Positions 24,423-37,700 of a DNA stretch of 64,000 bases are shown here, piece after piece. The notes under the pieces are model-generated. The model saw nothing but the letters and a program-made list of their open reading frames with translations. It did not search any database and was not told where the DNA came from. This DNA is from Torpedo marmorata (Eukaryota), in NCBI GenBank assembly GCA_977017645.1, contig OZ360226.1, forward strand, positions 54,188,001-54,252,000, in the 5' to 3' direction. How positions within the stretch are numbered: position 1 is the first letter of the stretch; every line of letters begins with the position of its first letter. A program made the translations under genes and the position numbers.

Positions 24423-25257
24423 AAAAGTAATGGCGGCGCTGCCGGAGCCGCTGTAGCGGCAGCGCTGCCGCTGGTGCGGACCCGCGGGGAGCGTGGGAGC
24501 GGAGATACAGCGCTCCCGCGGGGTACAGCCGCCCAGTTGACTGCCGTCGGTTCCACACGGGCTTTGAAGGAGCCAACAGTGGTTTTATTTAAGATCCTGT
24601 GACCACGGGGTCTGCGCCCAAGATGGCAGTGCTTTTTAACCGCAGCAGCCATGAGGGGCTGCAGATTCCGGGGAAGCGGAGGACTGGAGCAGGGCACCAG
24701 AGGACGGGAAGATCACCCCCCGTCTGAGAAGGAGAAGCGGAGGAGACGACCCATGGGACGGTGACCATGGCGGCGGACCGGTGAGGGGCTCTGAGGCTGA
24801 AGGACCAGTGCATGCAGCGGGCTGCTGGCGACCCGAGGCAAGGAACCCGCGGAGGCTGTGGGCTGCTGGAGACTGCTGTCGGGGGACTCACACCGGGCTG
24901 CGGACTGCTGGAGGCTGGCTCGAACTGGCTGGAGGAGTACCAGGTATCGGAACCAGGATGCGAGGGGGTGCCGAGGGCGACCTGACCGTGTTGGAGGTTC
25001 GGATCTGGAGCTCGGGTTGCCGATGGTTTGTACTGGACTCTGTGTGGCTGCGGAAGCTCTGGAGGCGAATCTACGGACACTCGGTGACCCTGGGGGGACT
25101 CTCTTTTGCTTCTCTTTCTCTGACTGTAAGGAATGTTAGAGGAGCTTAGGTAATTTCTGCCGGTGGCGAACCTGTCTGCCTTGCAGCAGGCAAAAAGAAA
25201 TTTCATGGAATATGACACTGTCTTATTACTATGACAATAAATTGAATCTTGAATCTT
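24423..25257 (+). mobile_element. GC-rich non-autonomous retroposon, longer copy 2, nested in CR1
   Basis: Matches 5409-5984; has an extra 5' region of about 245 nt with two hairpins and CAAGATGGC; (ttgaatc)n tail. Confidence 0.82.
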
Positions 25258-26592
25258 AAATCATCAATATACATTGATAAAGTGTAGATGCTCATCTCAA
25301 ATTAAGCACACATAATGTGCTCCGATCACCTGCTGTAGTTAAAAGGGCGATGAAGATAGCATTTGATGTACATAAATTTATCTCCAATGTTTCCCTCATG
25401 AGACTACATAGTAATCTTGTAAAATAACATATCTGATGTGAATAATCAGAGTCTGGGGAATAGTCAAAAGGTAATAATTTTAACCTTTGCAGTAAATCTG
25501 TTCAAAGATTATAGTAATTTCAAACTGGCCTGCTATAATATGTGTATGTGTTGATTTCAAGGAGTAAAAGACTGGTTTTGATATTTATTATGATTTGTTT
25601 TGTTAGAAGGTGAATAGCTTGTGAGCTGCCCCTGACCAAATGTAGCCAATAAGGTTAATAAAAAGTGTTTGGAAAAGATTTGCTCAGAAGGGAAAGAGTG
25701 GGTGTGTTACAGTGTTTTCAGGAATAAAACTGAGTAAAGGCAGCTTTGATCAATGAGTTAAGATCAAAGAAGAATTGAAAAAAAGATATTCTACAGTAGA
25801 TAATGAGTGCAAAAATAATTCATCCAACCGGTGAAAAGTACGTACAGTATGTGGAACTTCACAATCATGTATTATAATGTCTTTAATTGTGTTTAATGGA
25901 GAATTTGGAAAGTTACAGTGCAGGTGTTATCTGGATGAAACTAATATTTGTAAGACTGCTCCTGAAGAAAGCTGCCTTCAACATTAAATCAACCATCACA
26001 GATCATGAACAGTGTTATTATAAATGCCTAGAAGTGTTGATCTGTTCAATTTCATTCTTCCCTTGGAGAATATGCTATGTCTGATTTCCAGTTACAGGAC
26101 TAAATCTAAAACCAAGACTCCACCTGCATCTGTGATAATAGTTCTTCTATTACTGGTGAAAATCACTGGTGAAACCTTTTCATTCTGCCAGCTCGATGAT
26201 ATTGTTTAGCCTAGCTTAATGTACTCACTGTTTTGATAATTCTGGAAAAAGTAGAACATGGAATGATTTCCACAATGGCAAAATGTTTTCTGCCTAACAT
26301 TTTGCAGGTTGAATTTTAGAACAGTGTCAGCTGTCAGAAATGTTGAACACAGACAAGATTACCAGTTGGCATTGACTTTCCAGATTCCAACATTATTCAC
26401 GAACCTCTACATTTTAACACAATAACCAAATGGAGAACTTAAGTGTCTCCTTTTGCAAAATGTTTACAGATATTGCTTCAGCAGTTTTGCTTGAAACTAT
26501 ATTCTCATCACAGAATCATCTAAACAACTTGAACGATACAGCAACCAACAAAATTGTATTGTCATATTTCTTCTTAAGATTGCTTTGCTGTT

Positions 26593-27559
26593 TTAGAATT
26601 ATTAATTACTAATGGAAATGTCAATAAATTTATATCGCAAATGTATAAATTATTTCAGAAAAAGATACCTAAAGTAGGATTGCATAAATCTAGATTAAAT
26701 TGGGAATCAGATCTAAATATTAATATAGATGAACAACATTGGAAAGAATTGTGTAAATTGAGTATGACTAAGATTATTAATGTTAGATATAGATTAGTAC
26801 AGTATAATTTTTTCCATCAATTATATATAACACCTAAAAGATTAAAGAAATTTAACCCGGCATTGTCAGATATGTGTTTTAGATGTAAAGACGAAATAGG
26901 TTCTTTTGTACATTGTACATGGTCGTGTTTGAAAATTAAAAATTTTTGGTCTAAAGTTAAAGATTTTTTAGATAGAATTTTTAATATTATGATTCCATTG
27001 GATCCCATGATATTTCTATTTGGAGATATAAAAAGAATTAGTATTAGAAATAGATTAAATATGTATCAAATAGAATTTTTAAGAATTGTGTTAGCTATTT
27101 CAAAAAAATGTATTGCTATTACTTGGAAATCAGATTTAGATTTGAATTTAGATAGATTACATGCAGAGTTACGTTCATGTATACCTTTGGAAAAAATTAC
27201 TTATAATTTACGAGATAAATATCATTTCTTTTTGAAAATTTGGAGCCCATATATGAGAATTATGGGTATGAATTAATTCTCTAAAAGTTAGTACTGCTGA
27301 CAAAAGTAACCTCCATATATAATTAGAGTTAGTCTGAAATAGTTTTCTCCTCATACTAACATTCTTAACTTTATTTCTCATTCTATTTCTTTCCTTTTAA
27401 CTAACACTTCTATATATATATATTTTTCTATCTTTCTTTATTAGAATAGTGTGGGAGGGTTGGGGAGGGGAGGGAGGGAAGGGAGGGTGGTAAATGTATC
27501 ACATGTATTTTGAACAATATATTATTTTTGACTATGTATTTTGTGATTTTAAAAATTAA

Positions 27560-27591
<32 letters not shown>
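26593..27591 (+). mobile_element. Young L1-clade 3' insertion (ORF2 CCHC region, 3' UTR, poly-A)
   Basis: Open frame 26593-27276 with CFRC...HCTWSC; AATAAA and pure A tail from 27562; TSD aagattgctttgctgtt at 26576-26592 and 27592-27608, at a TT|AAGA site. Confidence 0.95.
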
Positions 27592-27595
<4 letters not shown>

Positions 27596-28475
27596 TTGCT
27601 TTGCTGTTCAGTAAAGAACTTCTGAAACTTTCTGATACCTTCTGTGGTTCATTATTCAATAGATAGCTGAGGTGTATCAGAAAGTAAGGTTCCAGCTTCG
27701 ATCTTTAGTCTGCTGTGAATTTGTTCATCTTAATTGAGTGCGATTAAATTGTTGTGATTATTTTTTATAGTGCCCCCGAGTTTGGGAAGGAGAAAAATTA
27801 CCAATCGTTGCCCCATTGCCTACAGTGCCAGAGTGATCAATGAGGCAGGACAGACCAATTTCTTTCCGCAACTTACCTTCAAGTTCGCAGATGAATTGTA
27901 GGCACTAGAGAATTGAAAGGACAGTGTTCCATATGAGAGGAATGATAGGGAATGGGCAAAGGGAAACAAGGAAGATTATTGGGGGGGTGATGTTAAAAGA
28001 AATTGTGTGTTTTTTTATTTTCTTCTGGTATTTCCACAGTGGCTTGGAAACCTAAACTTCTCATTGGAATCTCATTAAGTTTCTCACAAATAGAAGCTAT
28101 TTGAAATTTGCTTGTAAACATGCATCCTCATGTAGATAACATTTGTGATTGTTTAAAAGTTCTGTTTTACAAGTCCACTTCCAAGTGGCATAACATTGGC
28201 TCATCCTTCTGATATACTCATTAACAACCAATAAAACACTTGTCACCCACTGCAGGGATCCAGAGATGCCCCAAAAGCCCGGTTGTATTTGCCTTTTTGT
28301 CCTCTCCAGAAGTCTCTTAGGATTGAGCAAAGGGACAAAATTTAAGCCAAATCAAAAGGAGCTTTATACTTCATTGGGGATTTTTGTGCATACTAAATAT
28401 ATTGTTTTTAGTACAGAATTTAAATACTGTATATTTTATTAAAATATTGTACAAATGACATCTGATACTTCATAA

Positions 28476-29538
28476 GTAAAACACGAAAATCTGTAGACAC
28501 CGTGGTTGAAGTAAAAAACACAAATGCTGGAGAAACTCAGCAGGTCAAACAGTGTCTTTTATGTAGCAAAGGTAGAAATACATAACCGACGTTTCGGGCT
28601 TGAGCCCTTCATCAAAGTATGAGAAAATGCCGGCAGGCGTCCGAACAAAAGAGTGAGGGGGGAAGGGGGGTGGCAAAGGCAGGAGATGATAGGTGGAGAA
28701 AGGAGGGAGGGGACAGCAGCAAAGAGGGGGAGGAGGGATGGCTGGGTGGGTGGAAAAAAACAGGAAGGACAGGTGAGGGGGGAGGGGAAGGGAACGACAA
28801 GCAGGTTTAGTGGAAAGCAGAAAAGTCAATGTTAATGCCATCTGGCTGGAGAGTGCCGAGATGGAAAATGAGATGTTGTTCCTCCAATTTGCGGGTAGTC
28901 TGGGTGGGATAGTACATAAGGCCATGGACAGACATGTGAGTGTGGGAGTATGACCCGGAATTGAAATGGTTGGCTATTGGGAGGTCGCTGTTGTTGCGGA
29001 CAGAGAGGAGGTGCTCAGCAAAGCGGTCTCCCAATCTACGACCGGTCTCTCCGATGTAGAGAAAGCCACAAAGGGAGCACCGGATGCAGTAAATAAGTTC
29101 TCTGGATGTACAAGTGAAGTGTAGTTTCACTTGGAAGGCCTGTTTGGGCCCTGGACCGTGGTGAGTGGGGAGGTGTGGGCGCAGGTGTTGCACCTCCTGC
29201 GGGCACAGGGGAAGGTGCCGGGGGTGCGATGGGTGGGGAGGGATGAGTGCACGAGTGAATCGCGTGGTCCCTACGGAAGGCCGAGAGGGGAGGAGAAGAA
29301 AAAAGGTGGGATCCTGTAGTAAGTGCCGGAAATTCTGGCAGATAATGTGTTGAAAGCGGAGGCTGGTGGGGTGGTAGGTGAGGATGAGGGGGATTCTATG
29401 TTTGTTGCGTCTGGGGGCAGAGGGGGCCAGGGCAGATGAGCGGGAAATGGAGGAGATTTGGGTGAGGGCTGAGTGGAGGGGAAGCCACGTTTGTGGAAAA
29501 AGGCAGACATTTCAGATCTGGACTGGAACACCTCATCT
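28476..29538 (-). mobile_element. Penelope-like element (Neptune type) 3' fragment
   Basis: GIY-YIG ORF 28807-29193 closely similar to the 16846 copy; upstream RT tail MSAFFHKRGFPS. Confidence 0.92.
28581..28621 (-). ncRNA. Minimal type I hammerhead ribozyme motif (best-preserved copy)
   Basis: Minus strand: catact TTGATGA a GGGC tcaa GCCC GAAA CG TC ggttatg. Confidence 0.7.
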
Positions 29539-32309
29539 TTAGACTTTCTCCTCATTTCCTGAGACAGCTGTATATTCTGATTTGAATCATGGGGGGAATT
29601 GATTGTCTTGAATATCAAAGATCAGTCCCGTTCTGAGGGGAGAAGCAGCACTTGCAGGAACATCATTAACAGAGAAGGGCAGGAACAATGTGGTGTGTTT
29701 ATCTTTATCTTTTTCATGGAGGGATAGACCAAAGCCTGTTCCTGAAAGATGGCTGCATCAAAAGCCCATGTTTTCCTTTCAGATAACCTCAGACCCACCA
29801 ATTCTCTATGTTCTGCTGCTACTCAGCATGTTACACTCTGTGGCATAAATAGATGAAAGAAAAATCTCAAAGTGAGCCTAAGTCAATAGAATACCTACTA
29901 CTGGGCCAAAGGAGAGAAAAAAAGTCTCTTGACTAACCCATGGTACAAGCTGGGGCTTTGGGCATACCGTATTTCAATAAAGCAGCAAATTAAATCTACC
30001 TTTATCATATTATACACAATGAATGAGCAAAAACTGAGCAGCTTTTCTTTACCACCCTACAACCCAAGCCAGAAAATACAAGCCCTTTTATACATCCTAA
30101 TCCTAACCTAGCCTCACAGAGCAAAATGTTCAACAGCTCTTAATACTGCTTCCCTCCTTTCCCTTTCAGATTAGGGATAGATGTGTCAGTTTGGACATGA
30201 ACAAATTCTATATGTTGCCTTGGCAACGCCAGTTCCCACTTATATTTTACTCGTTAAAATGGTTGCATCACCTTACTACTTATCAGGGAGGAACTGAATG
30301 GTAGTTTTCTTCAATAAAAATTAAATTGGCAGATCTGATTTCCATTAGATTTGGATTTTCATGTTCTGTCCCATGCTTTTTACATTGCTGGTTTGATGTG
30401 CATATAAAATTTTTATTGTCAATAACTTGGGGTTGATATCCTTTTAAATTAAAGACTCTACTAAGACTTCCTCTAAAATTTCAACTGCACATTTGAAAGA
30501 AGTTTCTCTGAAGAAAACATTACATATCTACAAGAAAACATTATGTCTCAGGTACATCAGTCCATGTCTACAAATATCCATATCAATCTAGGAAAGCTAA
30601 ATGAAATATTCAGAAACAAAATTGCTTTTCTCTTCACATATGATCGTGATCAACAAATTCTGGGTGATATTATGTCAAATATTTTGCATATGAACTGTGG
30701 AATCGCGTTGTAGTTTCATTTTGGCAAACATTTCTCAGCCTTGCTCCAATATAGCCATGGAAGGGGAAAATATATCTACGGGGGCTGGGGAGGGGGGAAT
30801 GATTATGGTTTATCTCAGTTGTTATGAACATCTGTTCAACATCCATCTACTCTACAAGATTTATACATAAACATTTGGCTTTGAAATGTAGAACTTTCAG
30901 AAAATGTTTATGACGCACATAGTTAATTCCTGATACACCAGTTTATATTGTTACCAAAGAGTTTCTCTGGTGCTTACTGCTCATGAACAAAATTATTCCA
31001 CATCAAAAGGTAGATTTTGCTGACCCGAATATGAACAATGAGGCCACTGAAGTTGAAGTTTTCCTTTGTTCTTTTCTCCTGTCAGTAAAAACAAAATTAT
31101 AAGATGTTCTGCACCCATGCAAGTTCTGTCTGCATTCCTTCGATATTACATAATTTGAATTGATGCTCTAATACACAAATTATATGTACAAAGCCTCTCA
31201 GTATAAAGCTGACAAACAAGTTCCCTCCTTCTCAACACAGCTAAGCAGAGGACTTTAAATGAATATTTATTTGATACATCCCCAGATAAGGAAATCTGTC
31301 ATTACTGAGATGGGGTTGGACATTGTGATTGAATGAACTTGGCCCTACCAGCCTTACTTTGTGCACAACCCTACTTTCCAATGAGAGCTCAATAGCGAAA
31401 CTTCATAAATGAGCATTTTTCCACACTTTAATATATGCAGATTGCTTTCTGGTTCGGTAAGCAGATTGGTACAGTAGCTTTCCATGACTGGAAGGATTGA
31501 GAAATAGGTCTTCATATTTGCCAAAATAAAAATTCCTCAGGGGTTGAGCATAAGGGTGGTGGAGCAATGTCTGGAAACAGGCTTCTCTTGTTTTTTTTTG
31601 CTTCAAGGCAGCTGTACCTTTTACATTCCCATTCACTTTTACAAAGGACGGGACAAAATCCACTGCAATGAGGCATTTTTTTTAAACAAGTACAGGTTGG
31701 TTTCGTCATATTTTTTAAATTGGCATTTATGACTGCTCATAACGCTTCCTGCTGGTTCCCATGCTCAATACTTTGTAGCAATTTTTTTTTAATCAAATTA
31801 TTGCTTTCTTCACAGGAGTATAGTATAACAACTTAAATTTCTCCTGACAATAACACATCGGCCTGATTTTAATAAGCAATGGCAACACTTTTAAAAAGCA
31901 GAATAAATCACTACAAATTGAAAATATCTCATTCCATTTAATAGCACCAAAGGCATTCAGATAATTATGTACCTGATATTTTAAATCTAACTGTGTGTCC
32001 AAACTATTGTGATCCGGAGAAACAGCAAAATTGCAATCAGAAGTCTAAGTACCATCAGTTGTGACTCCTCCTGGAATTTAACTAGAGTTTACTCACTTAA
32101 AATAAAATATAGGAACTTACCATAGCTTGATTAATTTCATTTATCCAGAACATTCAATTTGGTTAATAAAGTTTTGTTCATGTGCACATGCAAGGCATTT
32201 CTAGTTATACCAAGTTTATTTTCCTTTTTTCCATTCCTAAATACTAAATCAAGCTGATCCCTGGTATGATTGCAATACTTAGTTGAGGGGTTTTCTCAAA
32301 ACACAAATA

Positions 32310-32700
32310 TATAGTTAAGAGCAGAAATAGATCTCTCAGCCCTTCATGCCTGCACTGCTACTCAATTACCGTATATCATGGCCGATGTAACTGCTTCCTG
32401 TCAAGCCATGATAACTTTTCACCCGCTTGTTTGTTAAGTACTTTTCTGCTTTAGGCCTTAAAACTATTTTACGACTTTTTGAGGAAGAGAGTTCCAAAGA
32501 CTCACAACCTTTGAGTGAAAAAAACTCATCTCTGTTTTAATTGGGCATCACTTTATTTTGAAAGTGAATGCTAATTACACATTCTCCCACAAAAGGAAAT
32601 ATCTTCACATTTACCCTCCCGAGGATCTTTGGGACTTTTTATGCTTCAGTGAGGTTCCCTCTCACCTTTCTAAACTTCAACAGACACCTAGCCTAAAGAC
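32310..32700 (-). mobile_element. Old CR1 3' fragment
   Basis: agttaagagcagaaatag...cagcccttcatgcctgc...gaggaagagagttccaaagactcacaacc. Confidence 0.5.
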
Positions 32701-33297
32701 AATCATGTGTGCCCATTTACCTGCAAAAGAGAAACGTACATTGTTTTATAGACATTGTTTTGTATCAATGATCCACAGGAGAATTGAATATGATTTAAAA
32801 CTGCTCTGAAACATGATTTAATGTTTCATTTGATGTTTTATATGGATGAGTTTGTTACAAGCACGTCAAGGCTGACTCAGAGTCCTTCCAGCAGTTTGTT
32901 TATTGCTCAAGCCATTTAGAGTTTGCATGATAATTTTGTACAATATAAAATTCCTTTGTTCGTTTAATTTCTGTTCACACTTGTCATAATGCACAAATTG
33001 AAACTCTCTCTTCCTGAAAATGGGTTTTATCAATCTGTTTCTTGCCCAGAGTTTTCTTCATACCATGAGCATGAATGAAGCATCATAACTGAGATTGGGT
33101 GCAGCAATCATTAGCATTGAGGAACTGTAACTTTTATTGACTGCAAAGAAAGGAACTTTCTCAAGTAACTAGAAGCATGTGCGCATTACATTTTCAAACT
33201 ATTTTTTTATCTCTATCCTAAATCACTTGATTTTCTTGTTGTTTCAAAAATATACATCTCTCCCAAATATCATAATATTTTCCTGGCTACCTATAAA

Positions 33298-34727
33298 AAA
33301 ATTTTTAAAATATTTTATTTTGAATTTTAAATTTTTCACAGTAATACAACATACGTAGTATACATTATTAATTCCAGTAAATAAAAAAATATAATTTGTA
33401 TTACAGTGTATCTAACCCCCGTCTTAACCCACCCTCTAAAAAAATTACCCACCCTCCACCCTTCCCTCCCTTTAATTCCCTCCCCTTACTAAAAACTAAA
33501 AGAAAAACAGAAAAGAAGGCATTGATATTTCTTATCAAAAATAACTGAACGGATCGCTGCTGGGTCCACGGCTCGACGCGTGGTATTCAACAATATTTAT
33601 TCTTTAAATTTGAGAGAGTCAGTAGGGTCCAGGATGTAGAGCAACACATTTAAATAATCATACCTAATGATTGGATATATGGACGCCAAATCTGCAAAAA
33701 TATCCCATATTTATTTCTCATATTATATGTTATTCTTTCCAATGGAATACAGCTCCGCATCTCTGAATTCCATCTATCCAAACTTAAATTTGTATCTGAT
33801 TTCCAAGTTACTGCTATACACTTCCTTGCTACTGCTAAAGCAATTTTTACAAATTTCAGTTGACATGTAGATAACTTCAACTTTGGTCTAGTTCCTTCCA
33901 CATTCCCTAATAAAAATAAATCAGGATTTTGTGGAAATGTAACACCTGTAATTTGTTTTAACCGGTTCCCTAACCCTACCCAAAAACATTTAACTTTAGA
34001 ACATAACCATGTTGAATGTAAAAAAGTTCCCTCCACTTCACCACATCTAAAACACCTATTTGATAACGTAGATTTTATCTTATTCAGTTTTTGTGGTGTA
34101 AGGTATAATTGATGTAAAAAAATTATACTGTACTAACCTATATCTTACATTAACAGTATTAGTCATACTATCTTGACATAAATCCGACCATCTTTTTTCA
34201 TCAATTGTAACGTTAAGATCTTGCTCCCATCTTTGTCTAGATTTATGAAGTCCTCGTTTTGAGGCTCCCCTTTGTAGCAAAGAATACATTATAGAAGTAA
34301 TTTTTTTAATATTTCCTTTCCTAATAAGGGTTTCTACCTCACTACAATCTTGTAACAACATATCTGGACCTAGTTTTTCTCTTAAATAACCTCTTAATTG
34401 AAAATAACAAAAAAGAGTTTTATTGGGTATTCCATATTTATTCCGTAATTGTACAAATGCCATCAGCTGGTTCCCTTCATAACAATCTTCTATCTTTTTT
34501 ATTCCTTTCTGTGACCATATATTTAAAAATTGATTATCTTTTGTAAATGGTATAAGATTATTCTGTATCAAAGACATTTTGGGTGATATGTTTCCTTTCA
34601 TCCCTATCTCATCATTAATCTTGTTCCAAGCATTAATCAAATGTTTTAACAACGGCGTTTCTTTAGCACCTATCAATAATTTTGAGTTCCATTTGTATAT
34701 AAATTCTTCTGGTACCCTTTCTCCTAT
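33298..34727 (-). mobile_element. L1-clade 3' insertion (about 1.43 kb)
   Basis: ORF2 C-terminal ORFs 34080-34763 and 33650-34036 (one frameshift); TSD ctggctacctataaa at 33283-33297 and 34728-34742. Confidence 0.92.
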
Positions 34728-37700
34728 CTGGCTACCTATAAATTGATGAGGGTAGGGAGTCACTTATAAAGTTATTTAAGTGACTTATTTAAGTGACCTT
34801 CCTTTAAGTGGAGTCCTGGATAATTTGATTTTTGCTCACATCAAAGACTAACAGAGGCTAATAAATAGCAATCTGAAGTAGGACCCTGGGTCTTTTCCCA
34901 GCCCAGGGGCACAGAACAAACAGTAGCACCCCATTGCTCGTGACATGTGGTGTGTTTACTTACTTTGAGAAACAACCCAACAATGCAAAAATATTACAGA
35001 GTAGGAATGTGTTAATACTAAATGCACAAACAGTAGCAATGAATCAGCTGGGCTGCTTGAGGTAGATGGCTACAAATTGAGAACATGTTCATTGACCAAA
35101 ACCAAAACAGTATTTTATTGTGCCATCAAGTTGCCACATCAGAGTACAACACTCTCCAGTTAAATTAAGCCAATAAATGTAAAAAGCTTCAACGGCACAG
35201 ATGTTAATGTGTCTTCAAACTGTAAATGGAATAGTTTGCCATCTGAAAACTGTGCCCTCTGAAAAGTTGCATGGTTCTTCATGAAGTAAAATTCATTTCC
35301 CAGCCATTCTGGTTATGCAAGAAGAAAGCACAGTCTATCAGCTCAGCACCAGTGTTGATGCTTGCACTTCTCATTTTCTGTGTGCCTTCAGCTGCTACTG
35401 CTTGCTCAGTGCCCCAATATCCATAGAAACAAAAAGCCTGGATACTTTGTCTGAACTACAGACCAGTCTTTTATTTCTTTGTGGTTAGGTTAATCACGAT
35501 GTAAACCAGGACCCCTGCACGGTATCTACCGGTAGTTTTATCAGAAGGAGTGTTGCCTCATATTTGATGTTTTGAATTCAATAAACAGGCTGAGGTAATA
35601 TCTGCTCTGCACAGACACTTGATAGAAGTGATATTTTACTCTCATCTCGGAATTTCCTTTGGAGAGTCCTGATTTTTGTAAGACTGCGATTCAACAGAAA
35701 ACAACAACTTTTCCAATCAAATTTTACAGCATTTGACCACACACACTTCACATGACAGTAATCTCAAAGGAAGTATCTTTCACAACTAACTTAAGGAATC
35801 AAGTCAGATTCAGAAGTGCCATGTTATTAGCACAACCCTTCTCAAAACTCTCATGAAAGAAATAGATTCAGCAATAGGCCATTTAGAACTTCATGCCTAT
35901 TCTGTCATTCAGTAAGTTCAGCCTTGATCATTTTCCTCAGTACTACTTACCTGCAGTAATTCCATATTCTCTTGATTCCCTTATTTCTAAAAATGTTTCA
36001 ATCTCTTTTTTGAATACAGTATACTCATCTTGAGTGCGTACCACTATTTCTAACATTACTTGTGATTTAACAGATTATTTTCATTTTTTGAAATTGTGAA
36101 TTATCATAATTGTCTGCCTTTTCTACAGTCCTTTTGATTAAGATCTAAATTATTTTGTCATTGAGCTTTCTTTGATTGTCTATTTCGCAGAGACGTTAAG
36201 TGCAATAGGAATGTATTTTGCAGTAAAAAAACTTAACTCAAAGGGAAAAATGAATGAGCATTTATTGAGTGAAAGCTGCCTTTATTATTCCTGCTATCGC
36301 TGGAAGTATGTTACAGTCACAAAAGAATGAAAGCGAATATATGAAAATAGTTTTTCATCCTGGGACAGAGAATATTAAAGGGAAATGTAACAGAGACTTA
36401 ATGAATTATAAAGGTTTTTGTGGTGAAGGAGTGTTTTAACTTACTGGTGAATGGATAATGAGGAGCAATTGACTTAGCTGATATGTTTAACAGATGGTTA
36501 TTGGAACACGAATAACCATTGAAACAGTGCTCCTAACATCAGTTGTAAGGGAATTGAACAAGAAAAGAAAGTAATCAAAGGATATGAGGAACAGACACAG
36601 AAAGTAGATTAGGATAAATGGCCCCAGGTGAATAGCAAGTACAGTGGCAATGGGGCAAGTGGCCTCCATATGTACACGGTTCTATAATCATTACAGCATT
36701 ATGGTAAGTTTCAGAACATTAACACAAATGAATTGAATAACCTACTTTTGAGACTTGTCTCCTTTACTTTTAAGTGTAGGTGAAAGGATAGTAGAAAAAT
36801 TCAAAGTTCTTCATGGCTTTGCATTGACAAAACCTTGTCATCATTAATGGTTTTTCTGCACATCTGAAAACTAATTTCTGGTGCACGTCTGTTTGGAAAA
36901 TGTTAATTGTCAAAAGTTCCAGCTATTTCTGGTGATTTTGCCCACATCTTTGCTGCACCAAAGGTCTGTTGTAAAAATGAACTAACCTGCAGCATCGGAC
37001 TTCTGCTTAAGAACAGCCTTAGGAACAACACTCAGTAAAACTCCCATCATCATATCATTCTTTACTTTCAACTACCACGAGTTCATGATATTAGTGCTCA
37101 TTAATTAATGTGTCTGTATCCTCTCAGCTACTGTAAGTCAATTCAGTTTACAAAAATAGGACTAAGGTGAAAGAAGGGGGGAACTGGTATTTTGGCTGAA
37201 AATCCTCATGTAACGTTCAAAAAAACACCATATAAAGAATAAAATGTTCAATTTTACATCTGTTGTTCTCCTATTTTTGTTAACTAAATCACATGATAAC
37301 ATCATAAACTGAAAATATAAATTGTATTTTTTTATCCTTTTGAGTTCATTGAGAACTGAAGAGATGAGGAGTTTACCAAGTGGTGGGTATGGGGTTAATC
37401 ATCAGTCTTCAGCACTGCTGAGTCTAAATTCTGGAATCCTGTATTCAACACACTTTAGGATTATTTTCACCAGAAAAGCTGCAGCAGTTTATTGCCACTT
37501 CACCTTGGCCAATCCCCAAATAAGCATTTTTAATAGTAAATTTATCAAGATTGATCCATGCTTGCTTTCAACACACTTACGTGATTATCACCACAGTAAG
37601 CTAGCAAAACTGTTCCTCTCTCTTTACCTGTGAGTAAACAGGCAATGAACCAATTCTTGAGCAAATATGCCATCTAAAACAATGTGTCTGTGAGCAGGAT

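Noticed and set aside
24416-25218. Pro/Ser-rich ORFs of 90-209 aa here and at 5373-6018
   Set aside because: By-products of a GC-rich repeat; frames differ between the two copies and no domain is recognisable.
27650-27830. Possible ancient tRNA-derived SINE
   Set aside because: Only a degenerate B-box-like stretch; cannot be supported by eye.
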